Positions 25,085 through 40,967 are shown, counted from the whole stretch's first letter. The stretch is DNA of 63,980 bases, filler included, from Reclinomonas americana ATCC 50394 (GCA_048213135.1; 6 parts of 3 records of this genome joined end to end with filler, not necessarily neighbours in it); one strand, 5' to 3'. Program-made: numbers and translations. Notes: a model not told the origin generated them from the letters alone.

Positions 25085-27455
25085 GACTGACCAACGGGAG
25101 ACGGCCCCTGTCCATTCGCCACGCCGCCTCCGGGTGCTCCAGACTGTGGCTGCGGCACACGCACCCCCAGCAGACCCTGCGGCGCGCTACCACCAGGGGC
25201 CGGCATGCCGCCAGGCGACACCGCCGGCGGACCTGGCTGCGCCGGGAAGAACTGGCTGCCGAATGCCGAGTACTGCTGGTAGCCGGTCGACGGGTGCGGC
25301 ATGTGCTGCGGTGGTACCACTTGCGGCGGCGGCAGGGGTGCCGCGCCTCGCAGACCACTCAACAGGTGCGGCGGCGGTTGCTGCGACGACTGCGGCTGCG
25401 GCGAGCCCATCATCGGCCCGCTATAGTACATGTGAGGCTGCGGCGGCGCAAGCAGGCCCGGCGGCGGTGCTCCATAATCGGCCGACGACAGCAGTGGCGA
25501 GTTGGTGGCGTACACTAGAGAGCCACCGGGCTGCGCACCGAGCTGCCGTGCCGAATCCGGCGGCGACTGCGTCGGCGGCGAACCGCCGGCCGACGAACCC
25601 ACCGACGTGGGAATGTCGCCGCTGCTGTGCACGTGACGCACATACGCACCTCCTTGAAGTTGCTGCTGCTGATGCTGCACCGCCGACAAGTGCGGCGACG
25701 AGCGCGGCGGTGTAATGGTCGACTGGCCGAGTTCGGCGCCCGGATAACCGTGCGACGAACCGTACGTCGGATCCATGTGTGCACCCCATGCCGACGAGGC
25801 CCCCTGCATGTAGTCAACCAGCATCAGTATCGCTGGCGGGGTCGGTGAGCACGAAAGGCCAACTCACCACGCTCGAATCGGCATCCGTGTCCGCCATCTG
25901 CATGCTTTCGTCGCGCAGCGCCAGTTTGGAACCTACATCACGAAACATTAGCAAGTGTTCGCGCGCGCACGTAGTAGGTCGAGTGTGACGCACCGACAAA
26001 GGATTGCTGACGCGCATCCAGACGCTCGTCTTTCTCCAAATACTGCAAATGCTCGTACTGGCTGCGCAGCCACTTTTGCTGCACCTCCTCGCCCCGGAAA
26101 CGCTCCTCCTCCTCGTGCACGTAGGCACAGAAGCGACCCGAGTGGCACGTCTCATCCTTGTGCCCGCACTCTCGCGTCTTGTAGTTGACCGGATGGTACT
26201 GAATCTCGATGCTAGAGTGCGCAAACACACAGGCGTCACCCAGCGAGCAGTTGACCACCAAATCCTGTTTGACGACATCGACACACAAAGGAGCGAGGGG
26301 GGGCGCGCGTCAGAATCACGCACTTGCATGCCACATGTGCACGGCAAGGCAGAGAAAAGAAAAAATGCAAAACGTAACTCGCTTGCCGATTCCCGCGCGT
26401 TCCGTGACATTCTTGCACATGAAAGGAATGTACAAGTAGCGGAACGGATCACGGCGGCGCTCCTTGGTGAGATGGTAGCGCAGGCACGGCCCACCATGGC
26501 CCGAGTACGTGAGGTACTTGCGAGGGCAGAAGCGCTCGTCGCACGGCTGCACGCGGAATCGCTCAAACTCATCCACCGTCATCACTGTGCCATCGCAGGT
26601 CAGTTGGCAAAATGCAATTCACCCGTGCACACACGCGCGCACACACACGCAACAGAGCGGTTTGCCCTTGAGACTGGAGTTGGACTGCGTGCGACGATGC
26701 TGATGCTGCTGCTGTTGCTGCTGTTGCTGCTGCTGCTGTGCTGAAATGGATGCGCCCACCACCGATGACGATTCACGCGACGGCACACCCGACAGCGCCG
26801 GTGCCGACATGGACGCCGCCATTCCACCAGGCAGCGGCAGCGGCTGTGGCATCGAGGCAACACCAACCCCACCTGGACCCATGATGGGCGACTGCGGATG
26901 ATGGTGGTGGTGGTGATGATGATGATGCAAATGCTGCTGCTGCTGCTGCTGCTGCGCTAGTGATGCAGCGGCGGCGGCGGCGGCGGCAGAGGGCGGCTGC
27001 TGCTGTGGTGGATGATGATGCGGATGATGCAATGGCAGATGATGCTGCTGCTGCTGCTGCAGATGATGATGATGACCAACTCCTTGTGCGGCTGCGGCAG
27101 GTGGAACAACTAGTGGAGAAGACGAGGAGGAAGATGATGATGAAGAGGAGGATGATGATGCTGATGAGGGGGCTATGGGCAGTGTCGCTGACGACACTAT
27201 TGTTGAGGATGATGATGATGATTGACCATTAGGGAGACTACTGATGACAAGGCTACTGGCGGCGGTGGCAGAGACAGTCATCTTGCTGACCACAGCGGGA
27301 CCACTACACAAAAAGACAAAAAAGAGAAGAGTGTGAGTGTTGGGGGTGTTGCGTAGGGGTTGTGTGTGTGTGTTTGTGTGCGGTCATGTCGGGAACACTT
27401 TTAGCACCTGCGCACACACAAAAATGTGCGCATACACTCACCTGTAAGGATCCAT
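23922..27455 (-). CDS. Unkempt-like CCCH zinc-finger protein with Q/H/P-rich regions, SAM domain and C-terminal U-box
   Basis: CCCH block CLRYHLTKERRRDP...CSLGDACVFAHSSIEIQYHPVNYKTREC...CHSGRFCAYVH; SAM EVSRWLRSCRLDRYQDLFKANGID...LKDLGIHVFGDRRKI; U-box LVCPISNLLFEDPVVAQDGNTYERSAITEWL...SPVTREPL...LVPN. Confidence 0.88.
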
Positions 27456-27701
27456 GGAGTGCGAGTGGCCAGACACACACACTCACACAACACAACACAG
27501 ACACAGGCAGAGAGAGAGAGAGGAGACCACGCGCGGACGACAACAAATTGGAGTGACTGCCCGTCGACCGCAATGGACGGTGAAACTCAATCAAATTTGC
27601 GCGCGAAACGTTTCCATTCATTCATGCTTCCTCTCTTCTCCTCTCTCACCGCGTGTGTGCGAAGGCTCGTCTTACCACTCCCCTCGTGTCGTCTCTTCAC
27701 C

Positions 27702-30700
27702 ATGGCAGCGTCTTCTCGTCCGAATCAACTGCAGTTTGACTTGTCCCCGGCCGACTTGGCCACACGGTTCGTTCCACCACACCATTCTTGTTGCTGTTTC
27801 CTTGCGTTTTCATGTGGATGATGAATGGGTGTGGGTGTGTGTATGCGGGATCCAGTGCCGATGCTCTGATTGAGCACATGCGCGGGCTTATTGACTCGGT
27901 GGTGGCGACGCCAGTGGGCGAGCGCTCGTTTGCTAATGTGGTCGAGCGATTGGCACTGGCCGAGGGTCACTGGGAGACTCGTTGCGCGCGTTGCACATGA
28001 CACCTTTGTGTGTGTGTTTTGGTGTGTCACTCACTGATGGAGGCACAGAGAGCTCTAATCTGACCTTCTTGTCATATGTCTCCGAGTTGCGCTTTCCGTC
28101 GTTGTTGTCTGACCACGACAACCGCCCCACTGATTGCTCGAGAGTGTGCGTGCGCGTAGGGACAAGGATGTGCGCGATGCGTCGACCGAGGCCAACAAGA
28201 AGCTGGAGGCGTTTGAGATTGAGAGCGACATGCGAGTGGATGTGTATGAGGCGCTGAACGAGGTCAACGAGAAGGTCGCCAGTGGCGCCGAGAAGCTGGC
28301 TGATGAGTTGCAGGCGCGCTTGTTGGAGCACATGGTGCGACAGAAGCGACGCAACGGTCTGCACTTGCCGGTCGAGGTGCGCCAGCAGGTCAAGGAGCTG
28401 AAGACGGAGCTGAGTGAGCTGCAAATCTCGTTTGAGCGCAATCTGGCCGAGGACAAGACCGAGCTGCAGTTCAGCGAGGAGGAGCTGGCCGGTGAGACGC
28501 AATCATTGTTGTACGTCACGGCCGCCTCCGTTGTGAGGCTCACGTGTGCACAGGTGTCGATCCGGGCCTGCTCAGCACGCTGAAGAAGGACGAGAGCAAC
28601 GGCAAGCTGATTCTGACGCTAAAGGTGATTGCCTGGCAATCCAGTGTATGTGTGTGTGTGTGTGGCTATGTTTGTGTTCCTCACTCCGTGTGGCGTGCGC
28701 AGTACCCGCACTACTTCCCGGTGCTGAAAAAGTGCCGCGTCGAGGCCACTCGTCGGACAATGGAGCGCGCCTACTCAATGCGTTGCCAGGAGGTCAATGT
28801 CGGCATTCTCGAGCGCATTCTGAGCCTGCGCCAGAGTTTTGTGGCAGTGGCTCCACTGTGTGTTTTCCGCATTGTGACTGACTCGAGTGCGTGCGCATTT
28901 GCAGAGTTGGCCGAGCTGCTGGGTTACAAGACTCATGGTATGTGTATCACTCCCTCATCCTCACCCTGTACGCTCCCCTCACTCTCGTCTTACAATTGTG
29001 CAGCGCACTACCAGCTGGAGATTCGGTTCGTGCAGTGTGTCAAGGAGTGAGTTGATGTTGCGATGTGCTGACTTGCTCTCTCCTTTTGCTTCCCCGTTGC
29101 AGCATGGCCAAGGTAAACAACGATCGTGCTTTGTAAATCATAATTCACAACTCACCCTCGAGTCGCACAGACGCCCGAGACAGTGATGGAGTTCCTGTAC
29201 GATCTGCGCGAGCGCCTGGACGGCAAGGCGCACGAGGATCTGGCAGGCCTGCTCGAGTTGAAGCGAGCGTTGCGTCGATCGAATGTGCCTTGTGAGTTTC
29301 GCGTTTGTTCACGATTGAAACAACAGAGAGAAGGAGGCTGCCGGCGAGGCGTTTGAGCCTGACCTGAACGCGTGGGACTTCCAGTACTACCACACCATGC
29401 TGCTGGAGCGCAAGTACCAGGTGTGCATCTTGCTGTAGTTTTCTTGTCGAAGAGAGAGAGAGAGTTCTTCGGTATTCAACGCGTGTTCGTGCAGGTTGAC
29501 CACGACAAAATCAAGCAGTACTTCCCCGCCGACCGTGTGTTGCGTGCGCTGTGTCCTTCTGACATCTACTCCGAATCTGCTGAGCTCTGCTGATTCATTG
29601 CTGACAATGAGCGTGCATGCGTGCAGCATCACGCACGTGCTGAAGCTGTACGAGACGCTGCTGTCGCTGCGCTTTGTGGAGTTGCCGGAGGGTGAGCGCC
29701 ACACGTGGCACAAGGATGTGAGCCAGTTCGCAGTGTACGATCAGGCGTCGGATGCGCTGATTGGCCACTTTTACCTTGACCTGTTGCGTGATTTTTGAAC
29801 CAACAACCGAACGTATTGTCTTTCTTTGTTGACGCATTGTCGTAGGTGGCCTCGCGAGGGCAAGTTTGGTCATGCCGCCGCCTTCCCGCTCGTGTGCGGT
29901 CATCGCCTTGCCTGTTGCGTTGCATATGAAGGGAGATGGCTTGCATGTCGACAATGTCCACTCACACTCACGTGTCGCAGCTGGTGAATTCGAGAAGCCC
30001 GCCTCCGCCATGGTGTGCAACTTCAATCCGCCCGGTGCCGACGGCGTGTCGCTGTTGAAGCACGACGAGGTTGTTACCTTCTGCCACGAACTTGGCCACG
30101 TGTTCCACGGTGTGTGCAGCACCTCGCCGTACGCTCGCTTCTCGGGCACGCGTGTGGAGCGCGACTTTGTCGGTGCGTTGTTGTAGATGTTGTGCACGTG
30201 TGGTTGACGATTTGTGTGCTGAAAAAATAGCGCGTGCACAGAGGCACCGTCTCAGATGATGGAAAACTGGTGAGTGTGGGGGAAACTACGTGTTGTCTCG
30301 GTGTCCAGCCATTCACTTATCTGCTGGTGACGGTGCAGGTGCTGGCAACCCGAATTTTTGGTGCGTTATCGACTCCATCATTTCTGCTTGTTGTTCACTT
30401 TCTCACACCTTTCCACGTGATGGCGCAGCGCGAGGTCTCGGGCCTGTACTCGAACCGCGAAGAGAAGCTGCCGGAGGATCTTCTGCACAGCTTGATTGCC
30501 GCCAAGCACGTCAACGACGGCCTCCTCTACCGTCGCCAGCTGTTCTTTGGTATCTTTGGTGAGTGGCGAGCGATATTCTTGCATACAGGTGGGTGTGCGA
30601 CGACTCACGTATCCAAAATCGCCTGTGCGGGCACAGACATGACGATTCATTATCTCCACTGGGCGGTCTGTGCACACTGGATCGCAACGGCCTGTGCATT

Positions 30701-31467
30701 TGATTGACTCTCTGCGTGTGCGCTGACAGGATCGCGACTCAACGGCACCGCCGCCCAACACGGAGGAAGTGTGGGCCTCTCTGCGCAAATCGGTACACCA
30801 ACAGAGTGTGTCCTGCTCTGAAATCGAGTGCTGAACATTTTCATCGCAGGTCACCCTCATGAACCACTCTGTCGGCACGAACCCGTCCGGTGAGCGGTAA
30901 ACATTTCTGCTTGTGGTTAAGTGCGCTGTGCTCATTCTTCTTCTTCTCTATCCAGCTGGTTTTGGTCACATGATGGGCTACTCGGCCGGGTGAGTGGCCT
31001 GTCGATATAGTCGTTGTCTTTTTCTCCATCATTCTGACCTGATTCTATGTGCACAGCTACTACGGGTGTGACTTTCTCTGTGGATTCGTGCGTCGGAGTT
31101 TTGTAGTCTCACTTGTGTTGTCACAGCTACGCGTACGCGGAGATGGCATGCTGCGACATGTTTGCGCAGTTCAAGCGCGCTGGCGTCATGAATCAAGAGC
31201 GTTGCGTGCCGCACAGTCGATGTCTTCTTGCTTCGTCCGCCCTCGCTCATCGTTTCGGTGGGTGGCAGTGGGTCGTCGATACCGCGAGACTCTGCTCTGC
31301 AAGGGTCATTGCAAGGATGCTGCCGACTTGCTGCACGAGTTGCGCCCTCCTTTACTGTGTTTTTGAATTGTCGCACTGTGCAGGTGCTCATTGCGCTCCG
31401 TGGCAGCTTCTTGGGTCGCGCGGTGGCGCCGGACGCGTTCCTGGAGGAGCTCGGCATTGCCAAGTGA
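27702..31467 (+). CDS. THOP1: Thimet oligopeptidase/neurolysin (peptidase M3A); 25 introns by manual splicing
   Basis: [35 protein letters not shown] (HEXXH), [39 protein letters not shown]...DAFL. Confidence 0.95.
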
Positions 31468-31599
31468 TTGCGATTCCAGCGTGACCATCGCCGTCAAACG
31501 AGACACACTCAGTGTAGACCCCACATCGTTGGAATGCATTGAGTATGTACACTGTTGCAGTATAGACAGCGATTGGATTCTTTTGTGTTTCTAAGAGGA

Positions 31600-34500
31600 T
31601 TACGCCCAAATGTCGCGCTGGTAGTGGCCGGTGGTGGTGAGAGTTATCAGGTACTGACTGGCCTCGTCGCGGTCCATGTTGGCATGGTCGATGAGCATGC
31701 TGACGAGGATGCGATGCACGTCCTTGACCATCGAGTTGGCATCACTGCGTGGCGAAGAGTGAGACGCGTGTGCGTGCGCGGTCGTAGAGCAACAGGAAGA
31801 AATCACACATCGACGCACCCGCACACATAGACAGTGGCGTTTTGCTTGGTGAGCATGTTGACCAGCACTTCGCCGTCCTCGCGCATCAGATCCTGCACGT
31901 AGGCGCCGCCGTACCACATGCCGTCGACAGGTTCGCGCGAGAAGGCCGCGCGCAGTTCGGTCAACACGCCTTCGGTCTTGTACGTTGCCAAGTCGTCGCG
32001 GTAGATAAAGTCCAAGTCGCGACGGCGGCAGCCAAAGTACAGCCACGAGGGGCCGAAAGAGCGCACGGCACCCGAGCTCTTGAGAGCCAGCCGGTGCTCG
32101 AGGAATCCACGGAAGGGCGCCACACCGGTGCCGGGGCCCACCATGATGATGGGTGCCAGCGGGTCTTTTGGCAGGCGGAATTCAACAGTGGCGCGTCGGA
32201 ACACGGGCAGCTGCATCTGCACCGATTGATCGCAGAGAGAGAGAGAGAGAGAGAGTGAGTGAGTGAGAGAGTGGGAGAGTGAGTGGGAGAGAGTGAGAGA
32301 CAACTGAGTGCGGACAGAGACGGGTGAACAGATTGTGACAGTACATGCATATATGTGTATGTGTGAGTGCGTGTGTGTGTGTGTGTACACAAACCACAGG
32401 CGCAGCGCGATTCGCATCGGCAGCATCAATGAGACTGTCGGCGATACCGCCCAACCAAGAGGTGCAAAGACCGACACGCTGGCGGCGACGCGGCAACTCG
32501 GTCTCGTACTGCACGGCGGAGAAGCAGAGGTGCACCATTCCCGGGGAGCGCAGCAGGCTCGACGCCACCGAGTAGTAGCGCGGCTGTTGCAGAGGTACCA
32601 CCTCCAAGAGATGTTCAAGTGGCGGGAAGCATGTCGGCACCTCCTCCAGCACCTCCAGCAGCGTCGATTGTCCACATCGCACATGCTGTCGATACTCGCG
32701 CTCTCCCTGCGGCGAGCACCAGTGCAGCAGGCGCTGCCGATCATTGCTCGACGCGCAATACTCTGCCATCACGCGCAGCAGCGAACGCGTGACCGTGCGT
32801 AGATCATAGATGTGCGTAAACAGATCCTCCACACACCAGGGCGTGGTCAAGTGCTGCAAGACAGCACACCGACTCAGCGCTCCGTTGCTGCCGACGCGAT
32901 GCAGTGGGCCTGGGCGACCGTGATTACCCGCGGTGGCGGCGGCAGTGGCAGCTGCCGCAGCAGCTGCAGTGGTGGTCACGGACTCGAGCACCGGCAGCGC
33001 ATCGTAGGAGACGGTAGAGACAAGCAGAGGTCCCGTCGAATACGGAAACGGAGATTCGTCGGCACCCGGCGACGGTGACGGAGTCCACGATGGAGCATAA
33101 CACAAGCCGCCGCCACCGCCACTGCCACTACTACTGCCGCCAAAGCCGGCAGTTCCGTCACCACTGCCGCAGCCGCCCTCAGCAGCACACTCATCCACAT
33201 CGTCCACACACTCACCACCGTCGTCGAGCGGAACCACCGACACCACATCCTGCGGCTCGTAATGCAAGCGCCGCAACACAGCCAACACCTCACTGCGCGG
33301 ATTGGGACACAAGACGCCAATCGCATCACCCGGCTCGTATTGCACACCGGCCTTGGCCACCGACAGCTCCATGTGGATCACACGACGGTCGCCCTTGACG
33401 AGAACCTTTGCCGACTGCACATCGGCCAGTGCCGGCGCCTCTGCACTGTAGTCCTCCCCTTCGTGTCGGCGAATGGCCGCGAGACGCTCCTCCCACGTCG
33501 GCAAGTCACTCGGCTGAATGAGTTCGTGCCGCACCAGACGATGCCGACACGGACGCAGGCGCATCCACACTCCCGCCGAAGTGACTGTGGCCAGCGAGGT
33601 GGCCGCCGTGGTCGGCGCCTTGCCTCCGGTGAAACTGGCGGGCGACGGCGGCAAGCGTGGCGGATCGGCTAGCACCACATCGATGACGGCGGGGTTGCGT
33701 GTCGTCTCACGTAGTGGTGAGGGACCACCGGGGGTGACCGCTGGTGAGCTCTTCAACGCTGGCGACACCTGCGGCGATATTTGTGGCGACGATTGGGCAG
33801 AGTTGCGAGCGCGACGAGCCAGCGATTTCCACACGGCACGAGACCACGGCTCGACCACCAGCTCCAAGCTAACAACAAATCACACAGGGTGAGGGTGACT
33901 GCGGCCGGGGCGAGGAGGGGAAGAGAGAGTGTGCGACGCACCCCACAGCGTCGTCGGCAAGACCGATTTCATGAAACTGGTGAGCGCCGAGCTCCAGGAA
34001 ACGCTTGTTGAAGTTCCGACCGGCGGCACAAAAGTTGGTGTAATTTGAGTCGCCAAGAGCTGCAATTCGTTCACCGCCACCACCACCATCATCATCATCA
34101 GCGAACAAGAATAGAAGGCAAACCCCCCCATTCTCTCTGGAGACGCACCCAGCACCGAGTAGCTGCAGTTCTCCAGATAGTTGGGCGGCAGTGCACGCGA
34201 GCGGAGCTTGCGCATAAACTGCAAGGCGTTGTCAGGCGGATCGCCATCGCCAGTCGTCGACACCACCATGACGACAAACTGTTCGCGCTGGAGTGCCTCC
34301 TGTCGGGGAGGTGCATGGGGAAGTGTGTGCGTGTGAGCCACCAGAGGATTGACTGATGCAGAGTATCAGTCACACGCCAAGAGAGAAGGAGCAATCACGC
34401 GCTGTGACTACGGATGACGACCACAGACAACAGAGAGTCCAGTGGGAAAAAAGAGAGCACACGTGCGCGCGTGTGTGCGTGTGTGACAGAGAGAGGAGCA

Positions 34501-34751
34501 CGGGAGGAGCATGTCGCGCACACTCTCTCTCTCAATGAAGCACGCCAATCGGCACAAGAGAAGACGGAGTGGGAGAGAGGGAGGAGAGAAGAGCATGCGT
34601 GTGTGCATCCGAGCAACGCAACAAGCGCGCAATCATTCATGCATTGCAGCTCGGGCTCGTGACCGCTCTCTGTGGCCAGCAGGCACACTTGTCGGGCAAT
34701 CTCCTCGGCGTTGCCTGTCTGCGAGCCGAAGAGAACCAGCACGCGAACCAT
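31600..34751 (-). CDS. MTRR: Methionine synthase reductase (diflavin reductase)
   Basis: FGSQTGNAEEIA, STTGDGDPPDNA, LGDSNYTNFC, GLADDAVG/LELVVEPW (MTRR-like), QPRYYSVASS, MVGPGTGVAPFRGFL, LYFGCRRRDLDFIY, YQRDIWA*. Confidence 0.9.
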
Positions 34752-34836
34752 TGCTCTCAACAAACACACACACAACAAGCTAAGCAACGAAAAGCTAGTC
34801 TGTCCTGTGTGCGTCCTCAATAGTCACTTTGCAAAC

Positions 34837-37829
<2,993 letters not shown>

Positions 37830-37924
37830 ACCATGCACGGAATGGACCAGCCCTCACGGAGGAGAGCTCACACAATTTAAACGAAGGGTGCCAACCAGTA
37901 TTTATTCACGGCGTCATCATCGCT

Positions 37925-37961
37925 CTACTCGTCCTCGTCGTCATCCTCCTCGTCATCGCTA

Positions 37962-38002
<41 letters not shown>

Positions 38003-38698
38003 TTTCGCGATGGATCCACCGCAGTGCGGACATTCCCTCTCCCCGTCTTCATCCTCTTCGCAGCAATCCTCGCACACTGCACGCTTGCAGTCTTTGCACT
38101 TGCCAGCCAGATTGTCGTCTACGCAGACCACACAGTAGCGCTCGGAGCATCCGCTGCACTTTTGCAAACTCCGCACACATCTGGCGCAGTACAGCCCCTT
38201 GCAGCGGTCACACGCGGTCCAAAGCTGCTTGCCGTGCTGCACGCAGCGCATGTCGTTGCACCGCCTGCACGATTCCATTTTTCCATATGCGACGTCCAGC
38301 TCCGCCACAAACTCGAACCGATCCTCGTCCGACGGACACTCCTCCATGCACTGGCGGCAGACGCGTTGGTAGCGGCACGGTTTTTCTCCGTTGGACCCCG
38401 CACCGACACACCAACCCGGCTCGCCATCCACCATGTCACCCAGCGTCTTGCTCTTTTTCTTGCCGCACTCGACGCACTTGATGGGCGACGGAATCGAGCT
38501 CGTCTCCCACAGGCGACAAAAGGCGGTGGAGACGCGCCAGAGGCTGCCGGCGCTCACGGACATGCCGAGGTATGGCATGAGGGTGTGGCGCACGACATCG
38601 GGCGGAAGGCGTGCGAACAGATCGCCACCCTCGCGGCGGGCGGCAGCCGCGGTGGTGGTGGTGGTTGATGAAGAGGAGGAGGTGCGGCGGCGTTTCAT
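37925..38698 (-). CDS. Intronless F-box protein with CxxC-rich repeats and acidic tail, copy 1
   Basis: LFARLPPDVVRHTLMPYL...LWRVSTAFCRLW (F-box-like), many CxxC motifs, poly-D/E tail. Confidence 0.8.
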
Positions 38699-39149
38699 GA
38701 GGGCGAACAGAAATGAGAGGCGCTCAATGCAAATCTGCGAGGACGCGAAGGTGGATTGAGGGCGGAGGGCTTGCTTCCGGGAGACAGTAGTATGTGCGCT
38801 GAGCTCCACTGCGGGTCACGGAAACATGCGTACTTTATTTCATTTCAAATTGTATGCAGAGGGCCTGATCGACGTCGATGGCGGTGATGGGGAGAAACGG
38901 GAATGGTGGCCGGCGGTTGGCGCTGATGGTGCAGATGACGAGTGTTGGCCTCCGATTGAAAGGCAAACTTGGTGAAGACGCCTGCAGTCCAGCTTCTGTT
39001 AGACGACGACGACGGTGGAGAAAGTGAAAGGTGAATTCGAATGAACGAGGCGTCGTACCTTGTCGCAGCTCTGCAAATCTAGAGTCATTCCACAAGCAAT
39101 TCCTCTGGCTGCTGTTGTTGACGTCCGCTGGTACCTCCCGTTACGCAAG

Positions 39150-39845
39150 TCACGTTGGTCCTCTCCTACATCTCCTTTTGCAAACCGAACAAACTTCCCC
39201 GCGCATGCGACCGATGCAGCCCACGCACATTTCTCGCTTGCACTCTGAACACTTGCCGACAAGGTACTTTGCAGCGCATCGACCACAGTGTATCCTGCAA
39301 CAGTTGGCGCACTCCAGCATCAATGGCAAACAGTGGCTGTAGCAGACTCGACGGCTGCACTTCTCGCACTTCCACCAGTCACTGCGCAAGCCCCAGTGTT
39401 CGGTACATCTGATGCGCTTGCACCCTGGGCACTCCTTGTACAGCAGATCCTCGTCTATCAAGTCATAGATATCGACATCAGACTCCTCGAGATCCTCCGA
39501 CATGCACACAGCGCACTGGCGGCACAAGCGGAGGTAGCGGCACGAGCGTTCTCCGCGTTCCACATCACCCGGACATCCAGCCGATGCGCCCTCCACCATG
39601 TCGGCCAGCGTCTTGCCCTCTTTCTCATGGCATGCAGCGCACGGAATGGGCGAGGGCATTGAACTCAATGTCGATTCCCACAGGCGACAAAAGGCGGTGG
39701 AGACGCGCCAGAGACCGCGTGTGCCCACGTCGATGCCGAGGAATGGCATGAGTGTGTGGCGGAGGACGTCGGCGGGGAGGCGTGAGAGTAGGTCGCGAGC
39801 GGGAGGGGCGGCTGTGGTGGTGGTTGACTGGGAAGAGTCACCCAT
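39150..39845 (-). CDS. Intronless F-box/CxxC-rich protein, copy 2
   Basis: 231-aa ORF; LLSRLPADVLRHTLMPFL...LWRVSTAFCRLW followed by CxxC repeats. Confidence 0.8.
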   Translation of the reverse strand: MGDSSQSTTTTAAPPARDLLSRLPADVLRHTLMPFLGIDVGTRGLWRVSTAFCRLWESTLSSMPSPIPCAACHEKEGKTLADMVEGASAGCPGDVERGERSCRYLRLCRQCAVCMSEDLEESDVDIYDLIDEDLLYKECPGCKRIRCTEHWGLRSDWWKCEKCSRRVCYSHCLPLMLECANCCRIHCGRCAAKYLVGKCSECKREMCVGCIGRMRGEVCSVCKRRCRRGPT

Positions 39846-40328
39846 GATGGCAGTGATGATGACGATGATGCGTATAGTGTGTGTCCGTCTCTGTCCCTGT
39901 CACACACACTCCCTCTCACCGCTCTCTGTGCGTGCGTGAGTGTGTGTGACAGTCAGCTGATCGAGTGGATCAGCGAACTGTGCATGCTTGTAGGTGAATA
40001 GTGGTATTGGTGCTGACTGCGTGGATCACGCTACCATGTGTGCAGCGTCGCCGCTCGCTTACTTCAGTGTCTTGGTCATCAAGACAGCTGTTTTGCTATT
40101 TATTTCAAACTGCATGATCGATGCATATGTGACCAGCGACAGGGACAGCGCAGCGCTCGGCTGGCAGACGACGGGTGCTGCCTTCCGCCCGAAATGCACA
40201 CTGGGTGAAGCCGCCTGTATTCCTGCTCCTGTTAGATGACGACGATCGATGGTGGAGATGGAGAAAAGGCGAACGAGGCGTCGTACCTTGTCGCAGGCCT
40301 TTATTCCTCGTCCTCCTCCTCCCGCATA

Positions 40329-40967
40329 TCACCATCGACCCGGTCGATGTCGTCGTGAGTTCTCGGCAGCGCAGTATGCACACGTTTGTGTGTCGTCCAG
40401 CCCGCATCTTTCACATGCGGCGCAAAACAAACGTTCGCATCCTTCGCAGTCCGTCATCCGACCATAACACTCGCTTGTGCAGAATTCCTTCTCGCAGCAC
40501 TGGCACTCGATCCACCCCCCCTCCTCCTCATCCCCCCAGTGTTCGTCGCATTTGACACGCTCGCACCCGGGGCATTGCTGGAGGTGATCTCCAGAAAGGA
40601 GCTCATACGCCAGCTCCTCCTCGTCGAACTCCGACTCGGCGCACTCGCGGCACACGCGCAGGTGGCGGCACGAGTGTTCTCCGCGTCTCGCATCACCCGG
40701 ACATCCAGCCGATGCGCCCTCCACCATGTCGGCCAGTGTCTTGCCCTGTTTCTCGTGGCATGCAGCGCAGAGAATGGGCGACGGAATCGCGCTCGTCTCC
40801 CACAGGCGACAAAAGGCGGTGGAGACGCGCCAGAGACCGCGTGTGCCCACGTCGATGCCGAGGAATGGCATGAGTGTGTGGCGGAGGACGTCGACGGGGA
40901 GTCGTGAGAGCAGGTCGCGAGTGGGAGGGGCGGCGGTGGTGGTGGTTGACTGGGAAGAGTCGCCCAT
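40329..40967 (-). CDS. Intronless F-box/CxxC-rich protein, copy 3
   Basis: ATG at 40967 (MGDSSQSTTTTAAPP); N-terminus near-identical to copy 2, Cys-rich C-terminus diverged. Confidence 0.8.
   Translation of the reverse strand: MGDSSQSTTTTAAPPTRDLLSRLPVDVLRHTLMPFLGIDVGTRGLWRVSTAFCRLWETSAIPSPILCAACHEKQGKTLADMVEGASAGCPGDARRGEHSCRHLRVCRECAESEFDEEELAYELLSGDHLQQCPGCERVKCDEHWGDEEEGGWIECQCCEKEFCTSECYGRMTDCEGCERLFCAACERCGLDDTQTCAYCAAENSRRHRPGRW

Noticed and set aside
30646-30729. Possible second non-canonical intron starting near TATCTCC in the oligopeptidase
   Set aside because: The frame is satisfied by a normal G|GTCTGT...AG intron at 30666.
27981-31339. Reading the GTTGCG sites as G|TT non-canonical introns
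   Set aside because: Cutting after the G with the same AG acceptors would shift the frame by one in every case; cleavage before GT fits.
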